Source of the DNA: Azolla caroliniana
Taxonomy: Eukaryota; Plantae; Polypodiophyta
Direction: 5' to 3'
NCBI GenBank assembly: GCA_043228905.1
Contig: JBHGNT010000002.1
Coordinates: 19,716,001 to 19,780,000, forward strand
Length of the DNA stretch: 64,000 nt
Position 1 is the stretch's first letter. Each line of letters starts with the position of its first letter. The position numbers and the translations under genes were made by a program. The notes beneath the pieces were generated by a model. The model saw nothing but the letters and a program-made list of their open reading frames with translations, was not told where the DNA came from and made no database searches. Shown here piece after piece: positions 54,006-64,000 of the stretch.

Positions 54006-55984
54006 TGAATATTACAAATGGTCAATTGATTGAATGGATGTATAGTCAATTGAGGGATAAGTTCATGTATTGGAAGTCACAATCTTGGCCATTTCATGTA
54101 TGCTTGAAGGTTGTACAATGTATTATGGAGCCCATGATATTATATTACTTGCCATCGTTGCTATGGACAAAGAAGGCTTTGCATTCTATTTTGCAACCTC
54201 TTCGATATTTGTTGTGGAAGAAGAGGGATAAGATGGGAATCACATGGGTTGTGTGGAATCATCTAGCAACCCCTAAGCGCTTGGGGGGAGTTGGAATATT
54301 GAACTTATTTATGCATACGATGGGTCATACATTTTCATTATTACAAGACATTTGTTCAAACTCACAATTGTGGATATCTATTGTTCAATATTTCAGGGTT
54401 TAACACATGGGAGGACAACGATTAAGGCTTCATGGTGGCAATTATTGAATGGATGTATTTCACTTAGGATTAGGGCTCTTCATGTGTTCAACACTTGGTT
54501 ACCTCATGGCAAGAAGCACTCCCTTGTTATGTGTATGGAAACCATCATCTAGTAGATAGCATTGTAATTCTTTTTCAGTTATTATGTTGGCCAGGAAAGG
54601 AGAGATTGCGTTCTCAAATTAATCGTTTGTTTTGTTTGGGGGTCAAAGAGGTGGGAGATATAGTTGAGGCTCCATCTTAAAGAATTTTGGAGTTTGTTGA
54701 AGCGTAACAATTATTACGTATCCCCCCTAATTATCTGGCAACAACTACAAAATATTGCATTGATGCAAGGTCCCTTACCTCTACAAACAGGAGAACAACT
54801 GTGGATTAATTGGTGTTTACGAGGTCAAATGTCGTCGTTACAAGTGACTACTAATCTTTTGTATCATTGCTCTGTTGAGTCTCTTGGATGGCTATCATCT
54901 AAGGCTAAAGAAGAATGGAAAATACACAAATATGATCATGGGCGGTGGTAGATCTTACAACGAAATTGGCATTCTAAATTGCCACTTGTAGCAAAGGTAT
55001 TTATTTGGAGAGTTTTGATTGGAGGATTGCCTTTGGGATTAGCTCTAAAGTGTCATGGACTAGCAACGGGTAATTGCTTCTTTTGCACTGTTCAAATGGA
55101 AGATAATACTCATCGATTTATACAATGTCTGATTGCTTGTTAGATTTGGAGTTACATTTCTCAAATTTGGCAAGTTTTATCACGGTGTTATTTGACACCT
55201 AGACAGTGCGTGTTTGCACGATTTACACAAGTTGATCCAAAATCAAAGATGGAGATTGTTTTCCTATTTCCGAGATATTGGGGATTGTGTCACAATTGGG
55301 ACATGTGCAACGCTTTTGTATTGGATGGTAGACATGGAGTGAAAGCATATCTATGAAAGTTGAAGGGAGTACTAATGTTGCAATTTTCTTTATTGGAGCA
55401 AGTGGAAATCCTTTCCTCGGTGGAATGTTCGTCTTGCTTATTGGCAATTCAACATGTTCCATTACCCATGTAGTCTAGTGTAGTTAGTGGGTGACCATAG
55501 TTCATGGTCACACCCATTGTAAGCTGTGTTTTTTACACACATTTATTAATATAATTTTGTGTTTTCACCCAAAAAAAAGGAGAGAAGGCTTAGGTTAGTA
55601 AGGTTGTGCTGTAGAGACCACAAGGGTAGTAATCCGCAATGGAGCTTAAAAACAAGGTTTAATAATAAAGCCTTGAATTGAACCGAAGACGTATGGATTG
55701 GCATTCGTTCGTTATGAAAGAAAGCAAAAGATAAGGTTAAAATCAATTGCTTGGGATTTGAACCCTAGACGTGAGTGTTAGTTAGTTAACCTTCGTAGAA
55801 CTAACTACTACCATTACAGTAAGAAATTTAAGAGCAGCTGGATCACAAATTAATTTTAAATATTGAAGTTTGTGAAGGGCCATGGAAGCTTTTAGGTATG
55901 AAACTTGTGGGCAGTCACATAAAGTGAAGGCCTTTTTATTTTTAGTTTCTAGTTTTTAGTTTTTTACATATTTGTTGTCTGGCT

Positions 55985-58900
55985 ATGGCAGCGCTGCGAG
56001 CTCTCAGACTCCCCTTCGCGCTTCTTCGTTCCCCTGCCTTATCTAAGAGGCCTCACACATCTTCTCTGCGCGCCCAGTGCTACTCATCCAAGCTTCAAGG
56101 TACGAAGAGACATCGGAATTAATTACGGCGAGATAGGATGAGTTGAGATAAGATTAGGTCAAATTGAGAGAGAGAGAGAGAGAGAGAGACAAAGAGAGAG
56201 CCGTCTATTAAGAAATAGTCATGTCTTATGGGGAACCCAAAACCTTAAGGTGAAACATATCATGATAAATATGTACTTAACCGTAACAAATGTTCAGGGA
56301 GTTTACTCTTCTTTATTTCTTTATTTATTTATTTTCAGAACCAGAACTTTGTCATGCGGGTTCAAGTGGTCGAGTCTTGTTGAAGGGAATGACTTACAAT
56401 GAGCTCGAGGTCTTAGCTAAACACATTTATTTTTCTTTGTGTCTTGTAATGCTTTCTTCAATATACAATCTTTTGTACAGGATTGGGTCAAACATTCTGG
56501 CCACACAAGTAATCAAGCTATGATGTTATGGAAATGGCTGTATGGGAACGGAAAATGGGCTCAACATGTCGATGATTTAGATGGTAAAGAAAATATTCTC
56601 TTTTGCTTCTTCTTTTTTGATATAACACCATAAAATCCTCGAGAAGTGCGAACATCCAGAAAGTATCAATAATATCATATATTCCTATAGGAAATTAATT
56701 TTAAACTTGTTGATCTTTCATATGGAGTATACTTTCCCATTTTGTTGGGTAATACGAAGGTTGAATCTGATTTTGAAAAAAATGAAATCATGTCTAAGCA
56801 TTTTGAGTAGAACATTTGATGGAGCGGTGCTTGATGATCCGCAATATGGATTATGCTTTGCCATTTCATTGGGCAATGTGAAGCTTGAGAGTGATTTTGA
56901 TAGAAATTTTATTATACCCTAAGCATCATAGATGGGACATTTTGGTAGAAAAGATATTATCCTTAAAGGTTGTCTCATTAATTGTGATAATGCAAATTTT
57001 ATGAGCTTTGATTGACTGGAAGGGTATTGCTTCAATGAAGGCTTTAAGAAATCATTCTCACTGATTCTAAGAGATACGGCTGAATTCAACGTCTTGTCTC
57101 TCGAGAATACATGTACAGCTGCCGATGGGACAAAGAAGGTAAATAACGTCCAAGGGCTTAGTCATAGAGATTTACCTATCAATGCTGCTTTTCCTATTGA
57201 ATTTCTGAGGTTATTTTTTGTACCGTTATGTATAGCTGCATTAATATGAGTTTCTCTTGGAAACAGTTGGTCTTCAGCCTCGGTGATGGCGAAAAGATTG
57301 AGACGGTGCTGATCCCAGGTCCTAGGAATCGGTCTACAGTCTGTATTTCAAGCCAAGTTGGATGTGCAATGAATTGTCAGTTTTGCTACACTGGAAGGCA
57401 TGTATATTCCTTTCTGCATTAGAACTAAATGTTGGATTTTCACTGCAGGTTTTAGAACATGATTTTATATGAGTTGATTTATACATTTTTCACATGACTG
57501 AACGCTTGCAACAGTATTGCCTGTGATCTATTTAGTATGCATAACATTTGACATACTTTTTAAATGCTACAATCATACATTGACAATAAGTTCCATTCTA
57601 TGTAATCAATTAAACATTGAAGTATGTCTTCGCATTATAGATGCACAAACATCCTGCTAGCAATCATTTGTAGCTTCCTTTAGTGTAGTGCTTAAAGGAA
57701 TTAGAATCAAAAGTCTGCATTTTTCTGTAAAATTTTGTACTGAAAAACTTTTCAGCTTTTAATATCCAGTGATAGAAGTGTAAGAATGCATATATCATGA
57801 TTGAAATGATTTATATCTAATTAAGGCCCTTGGTCATTTTTTCTGTACAGTTAAAGAGAAATCTCCTCTATTATATAAAAGAATTAATCTTCTTCTTTGC
57901 TTTTGGTTTCTAGAATGGGGCTCAAGAGGAATCTGACAACGGCACAAATTGTGGAGCAACTTGTTGTTGCTCAACGCTTGTATGGAAGTGAGATGGGCCC
58001 TTTTACAAATGTTGTTTTTATGGTATGGTTCTCATGAGAAAAATAAATTTAAAAGTTTTTGTTCATGAATATAAATTGTTTCAATATATGGTGTAAATGT
58101 TATTTGCATGAAATGATTGAAGACTACGGCCTCGTTGAAGGTTTGAGATCTAAAATTGTCGCATGCTGTACATGATTACATTTTACATTTGGTATCTTCT
58201 GTACGGTTGTTCTCAAAAGCATGATGCTGCAGATGTTGTAAGCCCTTTTGGTTATTTAAATGCTTGCTTGACATCCTTCTCCTATCTATTTTATGTGGAT
58301 TATGTTATGGATATTTGATTACGTAGTAGTTTTGCTTAACTTATTTGTGCAGGATATTTTAGTTTTTCATAGTGGCAGTTTATTGAATGAAGATATATAA
58401 AGTGTCAGGTTAAAATTGAGGGGAACACTCATGTCAAAAGTATAGTATGAACCATGATATACATATAGTATACAAAGGTAACTTGGTGAAAATGAGAAAA
58501 TGGAAATTTAGTTTGGAGGCATTGAGAGAGGGGCTGGGCTGTATTTGTGGTGGATAGAAAAAGAGAAGATCAAGTGCGTAAGTAACAAAATCAATATTTG
58601 ATTTTTTAACTGCTGAAATCCTTTGATATTGGAATGATTTGCATTTGATGAGTAAATCATTATGTGCATATGCATATATCCTTCGTAGTTCTCCTTTTGA
58701 AAACTTTGAAATTGTGAACTTGTGTATCCTCGAAATGAGGATCAAGTAATCAAACATCTTTATTGATCAGTTCTTCGTGGGATTCGACCTGTTTTTTTCA
58801 ATTGGTAAATGAGGGTGCCCCTGCCCAGCATCTTTCTAAGATGTCTATCTGGGTGTCCTTTGTAGGAGCCATTTTCGGACATATTGATGGTAGATACTTA

Positions 58901-60720
58901 AACTTTGACGTGCTTTTTCTGTCTCCATATACAATATCTGCCTGAGCTGCATAAACTTCTATGTTGCATAGGGGAATTTTACAGTGCTCAATTACTAATT
59001 TCTTGTGGCTCTACCACAAGAAACTAGTAATTGAGCACTGTAGATGATAGATATGTCTATAAGCAGTTTCCATATAGGGGACATACCTATTTGTTTGTTT
59101 ATGTAATTTGCATCTAGCATGGTTATGACCTATAGATGATAGATATGCCTATCAGAAGTTTCCATACAGGGGATATACCTATTTGTTTGTTTATGTATTT
59201 TGCATATCACAATATGTCTATGTGAGTCAGTGTGTACAAACAGGGCAGGTATGCTACGCATTTCTACTTGCTATCATCCTGGAAGATAATATGGTGATAA
59301 TGACTTTTCAGACAGGTGTAAAGAAAATTGTGGCTCCCTACCTATAAACCTGACCGGGGTGATAGTGACGATACTTTCTTGTTGGATTCTGACCATGATA
59401 TAGAGTGTCATTTGCATATTTATTGCTAGATGAATGTATTTTTCTGATGGCCACTTCAGTTTGCAGGGAATGGGAGAACCTATGCAAAACATTGAGAATG
59501 TACTTAGAGCTACTGAAATTATGATAGATCTGCACGGTTTGCACTTTAGCCCACGAAAAGTGACTGTATCTACAAGTGGCCTTGTACCACAAATTCGACG
59601 CTTTTGTAGAGAGTCACCTTGTGCCCTTGCTGTAAGCCTCAATGCCACCACTGATGAGGTAAATATTGGCATCATCTTTTGGAGTGGTCAGATCCTTTCT
59701 GTTGTGCCACATTAATTCAGCCTGATTTGGTGACTATATTGTAGGTACGAAACTGGATTATGCCCATAAATCGGAAGTACAACATAGGTATGCTGCTAGA
59801 TGCTTTGAGGGAAGAGCTGGCATTGAAGGAAAATTTTAAAGTTCTTTTCGAGTATGTATTATTAGCAGGAATCAATGACAGGTCTGGTGGTCTTCTCATA
59901 AAAATCTCATTGGGCTTTTTGTCAGTTTACGGCTGTGTTTTTTTTGGTTACTCAATCATCGCTAACAGCTTATTTCTAAATTGCCTTCTAACTGAATTCA
60001 TGCATCAACATAGCATCCTTGAAGTTCTCTATTTTCTGTTTCTTATCCTTTAGGTGACTTTAGCAACGATAGCCAAGGTCTAGAACTGTTTTTGGCTCAT
60101 TGCAGGCTGAAGATTGCCATTTTTGTGGTTTCATTACATTGTTTTAATCCTGATTATGTTTAAAATGAAGGGTAAAAGCATGTATACCTTGTAGAGGTGC
60201 CTTCATATAGTTTTTTTTACTGGATGGATCGAGAAAATCCCAAGGGTGATTTGACCCCCCTAATTAGCACTCTTGGGCCATTTAGGTCTAGAGTGTGCAG
60301 ATAGGAAGGGGTAATAATATAAACTGTTGGTTAAACATTGACCTTGCTGGGGATACTCTTTTTTATTGTCTTGTTTAAGTTTATGTACATAGTAATAGAG
60401 CATTGATCAATTCTTGTTTATTTTCCAATTTCAGTGTGGAGGATGCAAACAGACTTGTACTCTTAGTTAAAGATATACCTTGTAAGATCAACTTAATACA
60501 GTATAATCCCCATAGTGGAGCTGCATTTCTTCCCACATCAGAAGAGCAAATGTTGATTTTCAGAGATATAATAGCGAAATCAGGTATTGTCGTTGCAATT
60601 CGTCATAGTCGTGGGGATGATCAAATGGCAGCATGTGGTCAGCTGGGAAGTGTAGGACTAGATCAGGCTCCAAAAATGAAGGTTCCCACTCGGTTTCAAT
60701 CTGCTTTAGCAAATTGCTAG
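55985..60720 (+). CDS. rlmN: Dual-specificity RNA methyltransferase, RlmN-like radical SAM enzyme, probably organelle-targeted. Exons: 55985-56099, 56339-56409, 56481-56583, 57041-57138, 57267-57397, 57914-58022, 59467-59658, 59745-59881, 60435-60720
   Basis: [27 protein letters not shown] (CxxxCxxC), [41 protein letters not shown] and [12 protein letters not shown]; splice phases are consistent; Arg/Ser/Leu-rich transit-peptide-like N-terminus. Confidence 0.93.
58982..59040. mobile_element. 59-bp Tc1/mariner-type MITE hairpin in rlmN intron 6
   Basis: TA-CAGTGCTCAATTACTA..TAGTAATTGAGCACTG-TA, a near-perfect palindrome with TA TSD. Confidence 0.75.
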
Positions 60721-61990
60721 CAGGATTGAGTTGCAATATATAAATAACATTCACTTTTTTAACTGAACAGATGAAATTTATTTATCATTTTTTGCACGAT
60801 TGGTATATTATTTGTTTGTAAGGCATGAGATTGGAGTATGGATTTGAAGAATGCCAATACAGATCTATAGTTAAAAGAGGAAATGGTAGATACCCCTCAC
60901 AAGCATTGACTATGCAGTTTGCTTTTTGTAGCTTGTCAAGAATGTGAGCATGTTTAAGGAATTTCATGAGATAACATGAAAGGTAAGGCCGTTATTATTG
61001 TTCCAAAACAAGGGCTCTCTTATCACCTGAAATAATATAAGAGTTCTCATGAATTTTGAGTTGTTTTCATTTTCATACCACTGAGCTACACATAAGGAAT
61101 GTGTATTATTGTAGTTCATCATGTCAAGACCTGTTGTCATTGAGTCTAGTCCTTTAAAGAGATTTGGTGTGTGGTCCCTGTTGTATGTTGAAGCATGATT
61201 GCGTAGATAGTTGGTACCACTATGCTATGGTAATGTGGCATATCATAAAATAGGTACTAGTTCATCATATTCAATTGAGAAACAGGTAGACACAACATGT
61301 AGGACAAATAACTGCATAGGACAAGATGATGCTATCCTGGAAAAAGCAATGTTACCTAGCCAATCATATCATCAAAAGTAAAAAGGAAGTACAGAACACA
61401 ATAGCTCAAACAAAGCCTAAGCAGACGTACAATAATTAGGACAAATAACTGTATATTGCCTAATGGTTAGCATACATCAATGCAAAACCAGAAAACAGCT
61501 CCACATCACAACAAATGAAACATCTCCATGCAGCAACCCACATCATTAGGAGCTGGCAACGTGATAAACCATGGATTTACTGAAAAAGATCATAAATGCC
61601 TGAATGTCTTATGAAGGTTCAGGCTTGAAAACCTCAGAGATCAACAATAGCACTATCTGGTATGCATGGTTGGGCTTTGCTCAAAACGATCATCATGAAC
61701 TATAGTGTTTTGGCAATATTCCTAAGTTCTCTCATTGAAGGATCATCATCGTATGTAATTGACAAGATAATCTCCTTGGGCAACCAATGGCAATGAAAAA
61801 AAAGAGACATTCGGCACAACATTTACACTCACCTACAATGGCAACGAATATCGAAATATTGAATTGATAAAATATTTGGTTAGTAAAACTTTGGATTGGT
61901 AAATTGGTTCAATGAAAGCCATCAATGGGATCTTATGACCAAGTTGAATCAACAAAATGCAGTGATAGATCTCATAATATGGGATTTGCT

Positions 61991-63533
61991 TTAAGAATGC
62001 AAGATCTCACTCTCATCAGAATATTCACGTGATGGATGGATACCGTCATAGTCGGAAGGCTCACTATAATCATCAGGCATTGATTTCCAATGTAAGCTCG
62101 GTGACCAATCAGCTTTCTCCAAAACCTTACACAATTCATTGAATAAAACTGCATTCCCTTCTGCTGTCAAATGCATACCATCACTGCAAAGGACATAAAA
62201 TTCTAGGAAATCATTATTCATACTTATGTTGATAATAATGTGTGAAACAAAAACCTATCACTAGGGAATAATCATAGTTTACGCTTTATGACACACATGT
62301 TCATTATGTTCTGAGCAAAAATTAAAAACCCTCCTTTATTATGAAAGAATCATTATTTAAGCTACATATTGCAACTATGTTCATAATGATGTCTAAGCTA
62401 AAAATACTCAAATTTATGTTTTGCATTAAATATTTTTCCAAATGCCGCGATACTGAAAACTTGGTTTGTATAATGGCACTTCTGGTGCTATGATACATCA
62501 TAACCAGCCACTTAATTTACCATGCTCGGGTGTAGCACATTCCTACCTACCTTGGCAACTCACATGCTATGAGTTTTGTGGTTGTTTGGATGCTTCAAGC
62601 ATTGCAAGTTAAGCGTGCTTGAGCCAGAACAGTACTGGGATGGGGTGTCATGTCCCAGTCGGAATCAAACTTGACTCAACATACCAGTAGAGGAAGGAAC
62701 ATAGAAAGAAGTCCACAAAGAAGGGACAAGTCCCAAGGTTACATCTATGATAGTAATGGGTTCGTGGGGGCCCATTGCTATCAAGAGTGAACACGCTCCG
62801 TATTTGAGCGGTATACCGACCTGCACTCCTTGCAAAGCCGTAATGCAAACCCTCATGGATTGCAAATTACTAGGTGTTGTAAATATAACTTGTATCTCTT
62901 TGGCATCGAGAGATGTTAATAAGAATGGTTCTGCACTGGTACACTTGAATCTATGTCTTTAAATGTTCACTTATCACATTGTTGACTGGTGCACACCCAG
63001 CTGGAAACCGGTATAATGAAACTAAGGGGAAAACCCTAAAATAAAAATGTGTCTGCACATAGACTCTTGAATCTATGTACTAGAACGTTCATTATCAAGC
63101 GATCCTAGTCAACCTCGAAAGATAAAAAAGGGAATGAATTGCCCATATAACTCAGAAGAAATACCAGAATGGACATTTAATCATTAAATGTACAACACCA
63201 ACTGATTATTCTTAATAACAGGAAACATCATGTTTAGGTATAATCAATCAAACTTTAAAAAATGAGCATCTTCTGATAGAAACCTAATGATGATTTGGGT
63301 GATCTTAAGAAAATTCGTTTGCATTATATTAACAAACTCAAAAGGGGATCAAACAAATCTTCACTTACCTGAGGCAAACTGTTTGCCAATTTTCAACATT
63401 TTGTATTGCTGTCCATAGGTCCACCACCCCTACATTCGCCTCTTGAGCGGCCTCAATACAGGCACGAGAATATTGTCGAGCACGCTCATTTGTTCGATCT
63501 GCAAACTTGCCTCCAGCCTCTCCATAATCAATT
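61991..63533 (-). CDS. SGNH/GDSL esterase (IAH1/CPRD49-like), last two exons 63533-63369 and 62183-61991; upstream exons not identified (probably beyond the window)
   Basis: DRTNERARQYSRAC..VVDLWTAIQ..W..CLS|DGMHLTAEGN (DxxH catalytic motif)..LHWKSMPDDY; GT-AG junctions in phase. Confidence 0.88.
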
Positions 63534-64000
63534 CTGCAAACAAAAGCACCAGTTTACCCCAATTAATAAGGAGTTCAAAAAAGCATCACTCCATAAATGA
63601 ATAAACATCATTGAAATTTTTGACATAAATAATAAAGATTTCTATATCAAGTTGAAAACTACAGAAAGGAAACAATAATCTCCATTGCTTCAAAGAAATA
63701 GATTCCTTACTAGCAGTAATAATTAATGTACCCAAACCTGCTGCACCTAGATTCTCAAATAACAAAAGGAATTCAACTCAAACCCTAAACCCTTTTCAAA
63801 TAATCATCCAAGGATGCTAAATGCAACATTCCTTTCACAGACCCCTTAAGGCGTTTACCAGCATTATGAAAAAACAAGGATGTTTCTTATCACCCACTCC
63901 TGGGCTGTACATTGATAAGAGTTCAGATCTGGTAAATAGATGCCTTAGATAGGGAAAAAATCTTGCCAGAGTACCCATACATACTTCCCTGTGCAGATGA

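Larger units (their letters stand above)
23952..55578 (+). mobile_element. Degenerate L1 LINE interrupted by nested LTR elements
   Basis: ORF1 (DUF4283-like, 24373-25069); endonuclease (MGDFN, SRLDRMY, 25800-26420); RT (WRLISL, QGCPLSP, GDDS, 52750-54000); zf-RVT at ~54970-55140; poly(A) 55571-55578; 9-bp TSD GGAGAGAAG at 23943-23951 and 55579-55587. Confidence 0.85.

Noticed and set aside
63779-63796. Telomerase RNA template (AACCCTAAACCCT)
   Set aside because: No USE/TATA promoter or terminator recognised; most likely a telo-box

Overview
Eukaryotic, plant-type, TE-dense genomic window. It is probably from a non-seed land plant, judging from the Tcn1-like chromoviruses and Trp-primed non-chromoviral Ty3/gypsy elements (inference). 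The first ~55.6 kb is a mosaic of nested, mostly decayed retroelements whose ends I could resolve from TG..CA termini, PBS/PPT and TSDs. These are two self-priming chromoviral gypsy elements (3220-8952 and 27465-51944), three copia elements (12449-17983, 32363-38666, 38968-51541), a tRNA-Trp-primed gypsy (42894-49963), a related non-autonomous LARD-like element carrying an acidic repeat ORF (10757-20376), several solo LTRs, MITEs, and an L1 LINE (23952-55578) stretched to 31.6 kb by four-level nesting. The last 8 kb holds two convergent host genes: a 9-exon RlmN-type radical-SAM RNA methyltransferase (+) and the 3' exons of an IAH1-like SGNH/GDSL esterase (-). The most striking observations are: (1) an antisense tRNA-like Pol III A/B-box module in the U3 of about five different gypsy LTR families; (2) a 112-bp fold-back mini-element with 23-bp palindromic terminal repeats and a 5-bp TSD; (3) CpG-centred 4-bp target sites for one gypsy lineage; (4) self-priming PBSs, one of them with a PBS-mediated inversion; and (5) heat-shock-element arrays in LTRs.
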